NCBI GenBank assembly: GCA_051362555.1
Contig: CM120645.1
Span: forward strand, 11,098,001 to 11,162,000
Reading direction: 5' to 3'
Length of the DNA stretch: 64,000 nt
Source: Lingula anatina
Lineage: Eukaryota; Animalia; Brachiopoda
How positions within the stretch are numbered: position 1 is the stretch's first letter; each line of letters starts with the position of its first letter. This document shows positions 50,073 to 64,000 of the stretch, piece after piece. The position numbers and the translations under genes were made by a program. Under the pieces are notes generated by a model, which saw nothing but the letters and a program-made list of their open reading frames with translations, was not told the DNA's origin and searched no databases.

Positions 50073-52905
50073 AACCGATAAGACGCAGATATCTTTGTAA
50101 TATATTTTGGCAAGAGTGAAAATTGGGAATATATTTTAAACAAGAACTAACTTTGGAAATTTGCTGAAAGTCTTTTCATTATATACGTATAGAATCAACC
50201 TTGATCTTTGTACGAGTTGCCTACAGTTCAGCGTTCCTCTACGCACCAACGGAGTTTTTCACATGGATTAATTGTGTCCTTTGTGGAGCGTTTGGGTTAA
50301 CGGTGCCGAAATCCTGGTGTCTAATTTTTGTCGAAGAAACATTATATATTTCATAACATACACTTAGATTAAATATATACAAAACACCTTTGTCAGAAAG
50401 GCACGAATCAGTCAACTGTATAATTATGCATATAAATGCACCAATGACTCCTTATGTTACGAAAAGTCACTTATATTCGCGCCCGTCTGTCGAATAACGT
50501 TAAAGGCACACTCTCTTGGTTTGAAAATCCCCAAAATGCTTTTTTTTTTTTGCCATCCACAGCCTCTTATAAAACCTTACATGTACCTTTAAATGATTTA
50601 GCCTCTTGAATTTTTTCTGGAGCGGAGCCTATGATGATATTTCCATTGGAGCTTTTAGGAAAATGGTCGCTGTTTTATGACTGTCCAGTCATTTTAAGCT
50701 AAAATCAATCTTTATTAATTTTAACAAAGGTCGAATCCAAGTGGAGAGAAGGATAGATAAATGATTCTTGAGTACGAAAAAAGTGTCCAAAGATGTCCTA
50801 CAAGAACAGCATGTCATATGGGCCACTGGCCTCAATTACAATGGTCATAAAGCAAATAAGATCATTGTAGAAATATTGGACTTGCAACAAAATTTTAGTT
50901 AACCTACCAGCTGTATTATAGAAGCATTCTGTATATTTAAAACCTACAAAAATGACCAAAGCGAAAATCCATGTGATATATTTCAGCAACGGATTCCTAT
51001 TTATTAGTCTATAACTTTTTATTCACTTTATGTATGTTTAAAGCTTATCTCGAGAACTTTTCTCAGTCATAAAATGTAAATCTCACATTTAAAGTGTATT
51101 TCGCAACTTACTGGGTCGTTAAACCTCGAAATACGAGAAAATGGCATTTGCTTGAGAAATGGGCGTAATAGTTTTCATCAAATTGCCATAAAGCACTAGT
51201 CAAGGTTCAGAATGAAACCGGAGTGGATAAGCAATTACATAAACGTGTATTATAATGATGATTTGGATAATAAATAGATTTTTTCAATATGTAGGTGTAG
51301 TTCGTATTTTGCAAACCGTCATTTCTTTCAACAACCAGGAACTATTTAATTTTTTTTATGTTTCGATATTTCCGCCTGCAAAAAATTAATACCCGTACCA
51401 CGTGCAAACAAAGAGCACAGGCACATGATAACGCTTGTCAATTATTTCATAACTCTGAAATCTATAATTTAAGCAGTTTATGATCGATGTATCAGGAAAT
51501 AATCACGCACCATATGGTATAGAAATTACTTCTTTTATTATATAGCACCCATATCTCATCACATTAAATTGAATCATCGGGAACTCCTTATACATGTACA
51601 TATATAAACTTCATAGATAAACCTATAATAGATTTAATCATCACTACGGTGTGTTATTATCTTGCACCACGTTTTAGCACTATAAACATAATAAACTACG
51701 TGGATTTATCGTTTAGGTAACATTCAAAGGGAGTATTCTACCAGAGAGTGAATTATAATAATGTATGTTAATTATTACGATTCAACATTCACACAACAAT
51801 CAAGTGTATCATCTTATCAAAACGAGTGTGCTATAAAATGTGCCTATGGAATTATCTAGATAACACATAGAAGGTGTAAAATATATTGTCCCATCAGCTT
51901 ATCAATACAATAGGGCACCACCCAAGTACTGACTTAAGTAAATCACAAGCAGTCACATCGCTAAGTGACAGGAAACAAAGTTTTCTAAAGAATGAGACCT
52001 ACATGTACTTTGTTTACACCGTTTACGCCATGAAATAGTTTTGCTTTTCGATAAACAAGCCAGACACACAGATTAATTACCCTGATATTGAGTAAGTGTA
52101 ATCTGTATACATCGCTCTAAACCATGCACATTGAGATGTTCCCTCTCCTCAGTTCATTTTGTTACTAGAGAGCACAGAAATAACCACAACCAATGGCGAA
52201 TTCATTCAGTTTTAAAATATGTCGAAAACGACATCAAATTGTGTGTCATTAAAAAGGTTTAGCGACAATACATAAATAGAAGGATTCAAACGTGCTTTGG
52301 ACCGGCATTAATGGGCAACACCCATGTTCATATAAAGTTGATTGCACATTTTAATATACATGTATATACCGCATATATAAGTTGAGTATATCTACGTATG
52401 GAGTTAATTGGACAAAATACACCTGTGCCTGCACACATGCTTTACTGAGTAATACCTAAACACTGTAGAAGACATAATAGCCCTTCTTTGGTAAATTTTT
52501 GTCAATTGCAACTTTGTTATTTTGTCTTAATTTCTATCAAAGAGTCTTCAACCTGAGGAATCTTGATAATATCAGTGCACGTTTTGACGCCTGAAATTAC
52601 GTACGTTTTCCTTGAAGGGATCTTCATTTTAAATATCATAATTGCCCCTAGTAAATCACCCGTCAATAGTGTGAAATGAATGACGACTATATACGAAATA
52701 AAAAAGGCAACACTTTGCATCAAGTATATGACGACATATTGCAATTAAAATGACATATATTTCACCACGTCAGGGTGAAGGAAACTTTGCCATATGCCCT
52801 TAGAGCCAGTGAGAACTGGTCGGAATGGTGGATGATAGTTATGATGACGAAAATATGACAAAATGTGACGAATACAATCAGCGTGGAAGACGTGGTATGC
52901 GGGGA

Positions 52906-55900
52906 CTAATCACGCTGAAATGATCTATTGCTGTATGCGGAATTCCTGGCATTTTTCCAGTTTTTTGCGTATCTATTGCGACCAACGTCATTTTCCTCGA
53001 CACTCGCACGCGGCGCCTGCGACCCAACCGCCGATCCATTGGATATCCTAGAACGCTGCGATGGTCGTCTGCCTGGCTCGGCCATTCCTGGTCCCGCAAA
53101 CACAAAGTTTCCTTCTTCCTTTGAATTAGGCTGGTCCCACTCAATGGTGGTAAGATCTCGTTTATTATCGCGTGGCTTGGGAGTGCCATCAGGTGCCAAA
53201 GCCCCTCCCCCTTTGTAAATGCCCCAAGTCTTTTGGATTTCATGAGATTCGTATTCCAAAGTGTAGCCCATTCCATCTGGATATTCCACGCTAGGTGTAC
53301 GCATCAAAATATCAGGAGGAACTGATATATTCATATTCATCTCTCCACATTCCATTTCCTTACCGTCTACCAGATCCTTTTTGGCTCTTTCGAGTTCTTC
53401 TCTTCGTTTTCTTCGATTTCTAAGAGCAATAATAATGATAACTATGATGATTATGAGTAAAATGAGGAATCCGCCGGCACCTGCAGCGATGATAATAAGA
53501 ATATCGTTACCAGGATCCTCAGGTTGGACAACCGGATTGTCCGTCGGAACAGGACTTGTCGCATTCAAATTGGGAAGAATAATGGCGGACGCAAGATTGG
53601 ACATTTCGCTTTTCTTCACTGAATTTAGAGCCTTAACACCAAACACCAGAGTTCTGGTCGAGTACGAGGGTGGGAAAGATACGACCATGGTTTCTATTTT
53701 TCCAGATGGTAGAGGATTGAGCAGGTCTCCGTGAGACACCATGTCGGGTGTCACCGCCGTGCAGCTGTCCCAGTCGTCTAGAAACTGCTGGTGGGTGGTT
53801 GCGTATCGAACCTCGTACTTCAAGGCTATAAAAATAGTATAAAACAAGTATTTACTAATGGAGAATGAACAATATAGCGCAATATGTCAATTTCAACAGT
53901 TAAAGGTTTCCGAATTTCTTGTGTCATCACTATAACAAAACACAAGAAAGCTCATAACTTTATCAAAACCTTCACGTTGTTTTTAAAAATCGTGTTACCA
54001 AAACGAAGATCATGATCTGTAGTAGATCAAGTATAGTTGTCAAAATATGTATATCTTGCATCAGTTATGTGAAAATGTTTTATATAATAAAAATTTACGA
54101 GAATAGGCATCATTAGTGCAGTTAGGTTTTAAGAATATGTTTTCTAAATCTGGGCAAGTAATTTCCATGGTCTTACTATAGAACCAAGTTATTTTAATTT
54201 ATGTGACTGTTCCTTTCATGTTTTTTATTGGTGTTAATTGTCTCTCTCCTGAATAATAATAATCAACTCACCTGTGCCCCTGTCCAGTGCCTCCCCAGAC
54301 GCTGTCCACATTAACACAACGCTATCATTATCATAGGAAGTCTTGCTAACACGGAGGTCCGAAATTCTGAGTGGCGGGTAGACGTCAGACATCTCGACAC
54401 CAGATGGCAGTGTTACTATGACGAACCCAGCATACACCGCGCGATCAAATTGACCAAGCGGTCGATAGGTAACTGGAAGATTTTCTGGGGCTGAAATTTT
54501 AAAAAAGGTAAACTTGCTATATATATTAGACTATATCTTAAAAATGAAAAGATCCGCGCAACAATCTAGTAAGACTTAATTAACGCTCCTGCCTAGCATC
54601 TAAACTGGTAGACGTGTTTGTAGAATATTTTGCTATAAAAACAAAATAGAACTTCCCCGCACTTGGACGAGAAACCTGCGCGAAATTTAAAGAAAATCTA
54701 GGAAACCTACCTACAAATACAAGTAAAAAATATAAACGTTTATAGAATGAAGAGACCTAAAATCACTGCCTTGCTAGAAAATAACATTGCATACTGAAAC
54801 ATCATAACTTTATAACACTGGTGCATCTTCTTCCAGTGTTCTGATTTTAACAGCTACGTCCTTACCTCCCGCGGCCTCTGCCATGACGGCATTTCTCGTG
54901 GGAGGTGAGTGAACTTTCAGCTGGGCAGTGTTGGGGTTGTTGTTGGCAAGCACTCGGACGCGGTAACGGCCAGTGTCAGGTATATCCAGGAAATAACCCG
55001 AGTATACACCGTCCCCGGCTGTCACGTCAGCACCTGAAGTGAAATAAAACCGCATTTTTTTCAATTTGAGGATAAAAATGAACATGGCTGAAATATCTTA
55101 GGTACATGTACAACAGCACTATTACTGCGCTCTTGGAACAGTTTTATTGTAATACTGGTATGTGGGGCACAAGAATGGAAAATTGCCTAATTCTGTGTCG
55201 TTTTTGCCTCTTATATATTTCTTTCTTTTCGACAGAAACAAAGGGGAAAGAGTGTACAACTTCTTTTGAAGATACAGTTTATGCGACCCACTGTGCCTCC
55301 CCTCGCCCCATCATTACATATAATGATTGAAATACGACTTACCAAGACCATCGTCGTGTAGCTTAAGAGTAAACGTCTGTAAATACGTGGCGTTATAGTC
55401 AGTGTCTACTGTAGCTGTGACATTAGCGTTCACCACCGGTGAGAACTTGCGTCTCAGGTCCGCCAGGATTATGATAGGTGTTGGATCTGGGTCTGAAATA
55501 AAATATGTTTCTCTATATGTAATATACACGTAGCATGAAGTAAGTACCATGTTAGGCCTATCTAATAAGGTACAATATCAGAGTCACAGACGCGAGTTTT
55601 AATTTGCACGTTTGAATCAATGCAATTATCTTCGATATTTTGTCTTTGAAAATTGTATGTCATTTTATTATTCTAACATACCTGAAAAGTTCACCCTTCC
55701 CTCATTCACTTCCCCCGTCAGTTTGATTGGGTCGACGCCATCACGTGCAGTTGACGTCACACGGACATTGATGTCAATTTCATCTATGGTATCGCAATCA
55801 ACAGTGTATTGCCATCTGCCCGCCTGGAAGATTTTGCTTCTTTTTTATGATCCCATTCAGGGTGACATTTTGCAACTAACGCCAAAGTTTAATAATTCCT

Positions 55901-58900
55901 TTTTCTGGACCAGTTCGCATATATTTGCAGATTTTAATTATCTATCCAAAAGAGAATAAAAAATTTAAAACTGTCTGTTAAGTTACTAATTATTTCTATA
56001 TATTATAACAATTATGCGCACTCTTCTTAAAATTCTCCGACTTCTTAGACCACATACCATCGCCAGCCCTTCAATGGGTATGGTAACGAAGCCGTACGTG
56101 AGGTTGTAGGCTGTACTGTTGGGTTCGATGATCTCTCCATCTGGTTTCGTCAGTACCACGGACACGTTCACGACCTCGTTGTTCACCACGGGGTTCCAGC
56201 TGAAAATAAAATTTGTGTTCACCCCGATGTCTTCGTCAATGTGCACGCTGCCGTTGAACTGCTGCGAGGAAGCCACGGAGATGGCCAAACCTTGGAGCTG
56301 GAAGAGTATAAGGGGCGGGAATGCAGCTGTGAAAAGCTGATGTTTATATGATATAATCCATTCATAATATTTTTAGTGTGGTTTTCACTTAAGGGTACTT
56401 TTCACTGACGACGGTTCATGTTCCTTGAGCTGTTTTGAATTAATAAGAATTATCAAACAAATTTAGCGACCTTGTTAAGCAAAACAAAAATGAATACAAA
56501 TACTGATAAATTCGCCCAGACTATTTGCTTTAAAAAAATTCTATTGTTAAGCCTATAATGTGAGGACAGGACCATACGCTCTGATGAACGCTACTAGCGG
56601 TTTTAAATGTTTCGTTTGTGAAGGAATAGGGCGAAAATTCCCGTTCCTGACATATTGTAAAACCTTGCCCTAGAGAAAACGGGCTGCACTGACTGGACAA
56701 AAGGTAACGTTACGTGTACATGTAAAAGTTCTATTCAATTATAGTAAATAATTATTTGGCATTAAACTCATCACAGTGTCTGACTGACAAATGGAATGTC
56801 CTTAAAATTGACAATAGTTATAGAAATGTTCCATTGTCAGTGGCATTTGCGTTACCTGTAAAACTGGTGACTCCTCTCGAGAAGTGACGACATATGTCAG
56901 AGACTCCGTCAGTGCAATCACCGGAAGTGCTTCTGAGGCATAAAGGGGCGTGCCTCCAGTGTCTTCCGCTAGGGGGATCATGTGATCTGTGGCCTCTTTC
57001 GTGATCAAGACAGTATCAACCGATACCTGGTTCTGAACAATTTCTGGCTGCACCATCTCTATGTCGGGTTCTAAAGTATTGTCTCCGTCACTAAATAGAA
57101 CCAGAGTAGCACCTGGCACAGTGATATCCTGGGCATTCTCAAGAGCTTTTAGTCCATTGCGTAATCCGGTGCCTAGTGACGTGTAAGGGAAGAGATCCGG
57201 TTGGAGCGTGTCCACGACCTGCAAGCGTACTTCGTATGACGTAATTTCCGTCATGGGACACAAAATGTCCGCCTTATAATAGAACCGGACGATACCAACG
57301 TAGCTGCCGTCGGAGACCGTGTACAGGATGAAGTCTCGCAACGCTTTGACCATGTTGATCAGACGGTTATTCTAACAAAAAAGAAGGGTTGACAAATAAT
57401 TTATTTTGATGGTATTTTCAGTAAAAATTCTTCGAAGCAACATGAAACACAGGCTGGCTGTTCTCCAAGGTCAAATTTGTGACAAATTACTCATTTTACG
57501 TTCCTCGATAATTTTCTTTAAAATAGTATTTAACCCTCTTACGAAAAAAAAAAAAAAAAAAACAAAAAAAACAGGAAGATCTTTTTAAAATCGACATCTT
57601 GATAAGCCGTACCTCCGCCATGCTGTGTGACATGTCCAGTACGAGGACGTATCTTCTTTTGCCTTCCTTGACCACCGTGAAAGAGGGTGTCGTATTCAGT
57701 CCCTCCACCTCTGTATCCGTGAGAGGAGGGTTCACACCTAGAAACAAATGAACATTGTATTTTTGATACTCTTGAATGAATGCAATATTTCCGATTCTCA
57801 TATCGATGTCGCACTTTGGCCATACTGCGGTATTGTAAATATAATGTTCGAAGATACAATATATTTTGAATTTCAGATATAGCAGATATAAAAAATACCG
57901 ATATTGAAACATAACGCAAGCAAAAAAGAATTAGTGTCAACATAAGAAAATATCACTCTTTTTCACTTGGGGCAGTGATGGCATCGTTTCTTTGTCTAGG
58001 AATTTCACAATCGTAAAAATTGCAATGGAACCGTTATAATTAACTTTAATCATTACTTTATTAAAAACCCAACAGTTACCTCCAAACTACGACATAAAGT
58101 GGATGAAAATTGCCGTAATAAGGACGGAGAAATGGTTAAAAAAGCTTATTACCGTCTTTGAAGTCTGGATGTTCCCGCATGATCTCCCAAGCACTCTTCA
58201 TGGAACACAATCGGTTTTGCTTACTTGGTGCCTCGATATTATGAAGATTATTGGGTGACGAGGCGTCGTTATCACAAAATGTGTATATCTGTCGAAAAAA
58301 GGTAAAATGTTGTAAAAGATGCAATACCATTTTGCTTTCAAGGCTGTCATATTCACCCTGAATATCAGAGTCGTTATGTCATAATAAATGAACAACTGGG
58401 ATAATGGTGTGGCTCTCTAATACGTCACATTGAAAACTAAATTTGTGTCCTTCATCTCACCAAAAGACAGACTACTGTAAATATAAACAAATCGTTGCAA
58501 TCAAGAAATATGTCTTTTAGCGCGATTACACACTTTTTTAATGCTGACAAACTGTTTTCTTGAAGGCACAGTTATTAGTACGTTGTTGCTGTTTTCTGCT
58601 GCTTTGAAAACTCAAGATTGATGTTTGTGCAAACCAATCGTGTGCAACGACATGGATCAGCTTGACAATCGCTTGCCATTTATATTAAGCAATATTTCAC
58701 TTTCACTATTTACAAATCTGTACACAGAATCTTCCCGGGTCCCCACAAACAGACACAAACAGCTATACATCAACAAACACGAATCCTGAACCGAAACTAG
58801 GTCTGCGGAAGGAGAACATTCAGATGGACCGTGATATGAATCATTTTGGTTACATGCATGCTGTTATATATACGATGGGTGTCGAGCCGTGTTTCTTATC

Positions 58901-60379
58901 TTGTACACGCAACAAACCTTACTTATCAGTATGCAGTTACGGCACGCACACGGTTTAATGGCGTTACTGATGTCTATAAAAACCATTCCGAACCCAGAGA
59001 TAAACTGATGCGCCATTAAATCAAACCTCGACATCAAATTATTGAAGTTGCTGCCAGTCCCCCTTCATACCTCACCACCATTGCTCCACGCCACTTGCCC
59101 TATTGGCTTTGATACGTATTTTATGAGGCGTGCATTGGGCTGTCGAGTTTGAGTGGAAATACAACGCTTTTGAGATTAGTTTTCATTTGTTTAATTTTTA
59201 CCTTTTTGCCGTTTTACTTATTCATTTTTCTATCCTTCTTTATATTCATTTGTATTTATTTATTTATTAATTTATTCATTTCTAAAGGTATCCGTTTATC
59301 TCTTTTTCTATACATCCAGTAATTCATTTTTTTTTTTTTTTTTTTGCCTATGTTAAAATAAATGCTTACATTGGATAAAGAATAACGGTCCATAACAGAC
59401 CCCGTGGCCATTTGACCAGTGTCTGGCGTGGAAAACACACAGTCAGAGAACGGAAGACCAGTGGCGCTGTTTATTTGGCACGGCTGTTGCGATGAAGGTT
59501 GAACCGCTTGACCTTTGACCTTGAGTGAGCACCGGACAGCTTCCACATTGCCTTGGTTGTCATGGTAAAATCTAGGATATCCTTCCGCGGTCACTGGGAA
59601 TTCATCAAATAAACCCCAGCGGAGGTGTCCCCAGTGATGGACTAGAGTTTTTCCTTGAAAAATAGAAAAAATAGAGTTTTAAGAGACCGTAACATACAAG
59701 TATGGTACTGCCATTCATTAAAGGCATATACAATGCGTCGTAGACCTTTATGTAACAAATGAATTGCATTTTTCTTGAAATTGCAGTAATTTTACTTTTC
59801 TCACCAAAGTTAGCCCTATCCAGAATCGTTCAGAAAGTTGCAATCCATCGAACCGTTTTTTAATTATTAATGAAATTCACCAGTGTCTTCTCCCTTTCTG
59901 TTAATCGCAATTTTGTGGATGGTTTTTTATATGGATCATCTTAGTGATTACGAAATTTTTTTTTTAATTTCTAGGAAATTTCCGGGAAAATCAACTGATA
60001 TAAAATAAAGGCCTAACGCTCATTAAATACCATACTGTTAATCTATGGAAAATATTGGCTTTTTTCCAGATCACATACCTATTGGTCCAAATTTTCTCTC
60101 CACCTCCGTCCTTGGCGTTAATAAATAGCCAGTGGTCAGGTGCATATTCTCCCCGTGGTCACCGCACGGTAAGACCTGCTTAACGTACGGATTGTCCCCA
60201 TATTGCTCGCTCTCGTGGTCAACGATGATGTTGGACGTGGTGAACAGTTCACTGGTCGCATCTCGATCAAAGTTCGTGTACGTCGTCCACGTGCTCGGCA
60301 CGAGAATTGTGACGTTTTGTATATAGGCACGGTTATTGGTTGACCGGAGGAGATCTCGCGATAATTCTGTGATATATTC
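52906..60379 (-). CDS. CLCA: Calcium-activated chloride channel regulator (CLCA)-family protein, 5'-incomplete, with C-terminal TM helix and long cytoplasmic tail
   Basis: Exons (minus): 60379-60079, 59653-59370, 58288-58153, 57737-57613, 57371-56856, 56297-56058, 55823-55682, 55492-55343, 55033-54866, 54490-54272, 53825-52906. Motifs: AYIQNVTILVPSTW, PCGDHGENMHLT, VHHWGHLRWGLFDEF, HNIEAPSKQNRLC..SAWEIM, VWA VLVLDMSHSM, LHDDGLGADVTAGDGVYSGYF, YPPLRISDL..LMWTASG, TM ILIIIAAGAGGFLILLIIIIVIIIIAL. Signal-peptide exon(s) not found in the window. Confidence 0.93.
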
Positions 60380-61414
60380 CTAGAAACGAGAGAAAGAAAA
60401 CATTTAGATTATCTATTGTCATGAGGGGAACAATACTTTGGAATATCAGTTTACAGCCAATCAGAAATACGCCTCTCTAGGCCCTCTTCTTGTTGGCGCT
60501 GCATGGTTATTGATAGTTTCAGGATATAGTAAACTAAGTATAACTTTATCGTGAATCAGTAAAACCGCTCCTTTTCAAAACATTGTAATAGACAATGAAG
60601 TAAGGCCTTGGTATCTTTTACGGACATTTACTACAGGTGTTGAGTGACGCGCTGTACTTTTCCCAAAAAAATATGGTACCTCCCACGCAACTTTCCCAAG
60701 AGGACTGAAATAAACAAACTCGCATTCCGTCATAGATCCTATGATGGATCGGAAGAATTGACCGATGAAAAAGAGAACATATTAAAGGAGCTTGGGAAAT
60801 GACAGGTAAATCTATCAGGTCGCAGTGAAAGGTATTGTGCAGGTAAATGGAGGCGAGAGGCTCAGTGCATTGTGGCGTCGTAAACAGGGAAGGCGTCAAC
60901 ACTCATAAGAAAAAGTACCAAGTTAAAGGTTCGAGACTCCGTCGGTTTCGTGATGGTGCATTAATCACGCGGCAAGGTCGTCTCTTTATTAAATCAAATG
61001 TGTCAGGTAAACAATTTTTCAATCCCCCCATTTTCTGGAAAAAAACCATCGCAAAACCACACGTAATTATACTTTATATCACCAGAGATGTCAGTCATCA
61101 ATAAGATTACTTGTACGCATCGTATCTTTAACAATATATTAAAAAAGACATTCAATCTAGTCGATTTCAGGACTGACACACATTCACTCATATCGTTTAT
61201 CTAAAAAGTGATACCTGACTCATGCAGGGTAGGCATGTAGGTCTATACAATAAACAACAAGCACAACTCGGAACCATTTTTTTTTTTTTTTTTTTTTTGT
61301 GATTCAGAAAAAATAATGCTGTACCATTCTAATAACTCCGTTTTCTTCATTTTAGTGTATAGAGATGCGGAGGCGTAAATACAATACTTTCCATTTCGTT
61401 GAGGAAGACATTAA

Positions 61415-61640
61415 GGGTGCTTTCCCAGAGATTTAGATCGATCTAAAGATTAAGTTTTAGATCGACCTAACTCCCTGGGGGTTCACGCTAAATTGCAGTT
61501 AGCCGAGCGTGCACCATAGTTAATTACCCCCTTACAGCTTTTAGTAGGCGGGACAGACGCTTAAGCCGGCCAAGCTGACAGTAATCTAGTGAGATTCCTC
61601 ACAGGGATAGATCGATGTAAAAATCTATGGAAATGGGGTG
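61415..61640 (+). mobile_element. MITE family B, copy C
   Basis: TAA-GGGTGCTTTCCCAGAGAT ... ATCTATGGAAATGGGGTG-TAA; internal sequence matches 15862..16062. Confidence 0.85.
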
Positions 61641-61996
61641 TAAGTGTGATGATGAAAAATACAGTAACCATTACAAGACAATTGATATTTTAGGAAACCA
61701 CTGGCTTCAGTTTCTTTTAATCTTTCGATTGTACTCTTTTATCATCACTGTTCATTTAAAAAAAAATATTGTTGGTATCGTTGTTAGCTATACTAAAACA
61801 AAGTCAATCTCTTGCGCGTTTTGGCAAATATAAATATGTATGCTGATGCTTTTACAGCACGCCGGTAGAGGGAGCAACAAAAGATTGAAACAGGTACAAA
61901 TAGTGCCCTTATTGACAGTTCCGTCCAAGTCTCATTTTTTAACAAAGACTAAAATTGATCCAACCACCCTCACACAAGCCATCTGAGGCCATCGTA

Positions 61997-62070
61997 TCCT
62001 CTACCAATTCATGACAGTATTCTCTGCTGGAGAAAAGTGCACATAATTAACCTGTGGTCCTGGTAGAGGG
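61997..62070. mobile_element. MITE family C deletion derivative
   Basis: TA-TCCTCTACCA ... TGGTAGAGGG-TA; internal ttcatgaca.tattctctgc is the reverse complement of the 36370 region. Confidence 0.5.
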
Positions 62071-62344
62071 TAAGGTCATAATGGTGGCGGTATGATAGAT
62101 CCCCTATATTGCCGTCTGATAATGGTATCGGTAGGGGTGACCGCAAGAAGAGGACTCAAGAAACTTTTGTGTCAAAAGGAACTTCTGATCTCTCGTCTCT
62201 TTCTCCCAGTTTTTAACCCGAGTTCAATATGGTTCGTGAAAGACCACCAGGACGAACAAAATCTCAATATATCATGACGCTATTCAATTATTTTTTAATG
62301 TACTTCAAATACCGTTTGACAACCGATACTCAACATTGTGCAAG

Positions 62345-62381
<37 letters not shown>

Positions 62382-64000
62382 CCACCTCTCTGTCTCGTTC
62401 CATCTATACCTCATAAAATTCGCATCACAGCACCGCACTGTTTTCAACATATCAACACATGTCATAACTTACACATAGCTTTTTTACTAATATAAATATA
62501 TTTTTGCACGAACATGAAATATTCGTGTCTTCCACTCACACCTAATAAAAAGCCCATGGAGCTCGTCATTACAACCTCACTATTCAAAAAACATATCAAA
62601 CATGCCATCAGAAATGCGCCTTTAAGGTAAAGCATTATCCCTGTGTACAGTGTGTGTTACAAACTTTCCTTTCATAAACAAAAGGCTCCTGTTTACAATT
62701 CATCCCACGAAGGAAAAAGTCACAACCGCTTTCTATTCAGAACCCCGTCCCGTTGAAATATACGTCTTTCATGGCTACACTATTCCTTTATGAGGATTCT
62801 TTCTTAACCTCGTACCAAACCCGCATGCCTACAATGTCAATTTTACCCAGGGACATCGTGGGAACAAATATCAAAACACTGTTAAAACCGCTCATGTGTT
62901 GCGGTACCTTGTGATCATAATGCACGTAGTGTTAAGGCGCAGTGGTGTAGTAGAACTTTGTGAATTTTTCGTGTCAGGTTCACGTCAGGTTTATCTAAAA
63001 TTAGTGACGTCATCATGCAGGATTCAAATAGGCACAAGGCAGGTTTCTGCGAGCTCTGGTCACCGGTTGAAGTGAATTATATCCATTACTTCCGCGATGA
63101 CGTCGTGCCTTAAAAACTAGCTCAGTGAAACGCTACGAAATGACCGTCTTCCAAAGCCAATTTGAATCAAACCAAGGAGGTATAGGGCTTCCTTGATCAA
63201 ACAAAGCCCGCATATTTGAACTAGAGTTTAATTTTAGCATTACTTCTACTAATAGGGTTTATGCATTGCATTACATAATACAGCAGACAGTGTCAAGTAC
63301 AGTCTCTCAGTGAGCTCCAGTAATACCGGGGTAATGCCCCCAAAGTGTCCCCAGATTTCACGTAATACCCACATATGTAGCTGTCTGTATTTGAGGAACA
63401 ATGTAAAACCCGGTGCAGGTTATTTAATATATACATACCAGGTATTTGCAATATACTCGATGACCCTTACAGTCGACTGCAGGGGTTCGATGGACCCGTA
63501 CAATAATTGGTAACGTGCTTTGTTACTGTTGCGTAATATCAAGCAATGATTTTGTGAGTGGGCATCAGAAAATGTACCACCCCTGGACGCATAAACTGGC
63601 CGCTGACACGTACATAAAGTTCAAACATACACACACACATACACACACACCAAGAGCAAGACGCTTTTGGATAAAATTTTACGAAGAATTCTGCTGGCAA
63701 TGAATATAAATCACGCTCGAATGCTGTCTGTCTGACCAATTACAAATACCTAGCAAGGACACCTTAATATTCAGAGACCTTACTCTCTAACATAATTCCA
63801 CGCAAATCACACTCTTACACTACATCTATATCGATTGGTATACATTTAAGGACCACTATTCAGTGGTCAAGAGTCTAGATCTGTGACAATACTTAGCATA
63901 GCTGCTAGATGTGGACATGTCCTTTCTGTAGACTTCCAGACCTAATATTTTACTCGCAGCAGGCGCGAGACTTAAACCTATTTGATTTCACATTTAATAC

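Noticed and set aside
50500-50592. TTAA-AGGCACA...TGTACCT-TTAA mini-element
   Set aside because: Only a 6/7-bp TIR match and a single copy; insufficient support.
60380-64000. Search for the CLCA signal-peptide exon(s) and promoter, including TGACGTCA at about 63005
   Set aside because: No convincing exon encoding the expected N-terminus was found; it probably lies beyond the window, so the motif cannot be assigned.
1-64000. CRISPR arrays, operons or other prokaryotic systems
   Set aside because: No repeat-spacer arrays seen; spliceosomal introns, microsatellites and metazoan genes show the sequence is eukaryotic.

Overview
AT-rich, microsatellite-rich, intron-containing metazoan genomic DNA; a lophotrochozoan such as a mollusc is my inference from repeat and gene content, not something I can prove. 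From left to right: (1) the 3' end of a very large Asp-rich protein made of about 64 cysteine-free DxDGDGIPD (thrombospondin type-3-like) repeats; (2) five GT10 alpha-1,3-fucosyltransferase paralogues with intronless CDSs (three intact, one with a single homopolymer frameshift, one clear pseudogene), interleaved with two divergently oriented small secreted Gly/Tyr-rich protein genes in a mirror-image FucT/GY arrangement; (3) a complete 10-exon WIF1/shifted-type gene whose introns hold a TTAA-flanked THAP-encoding element and two identical tRNA-Ile(AAT) genes; (4) a 5'-incomplete, convergent CLCA-family gene whose metalloprotease HExxH motif reads HHWGH and which has a long cytoplasmic tail. 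Several MITEs, a Helentron-like element, a probable SINE and a decayed SAP/YqaJ gene relic are also present. Exon boundaries were read by eye from GT/AG sites and frame continuity; no database searches were run.
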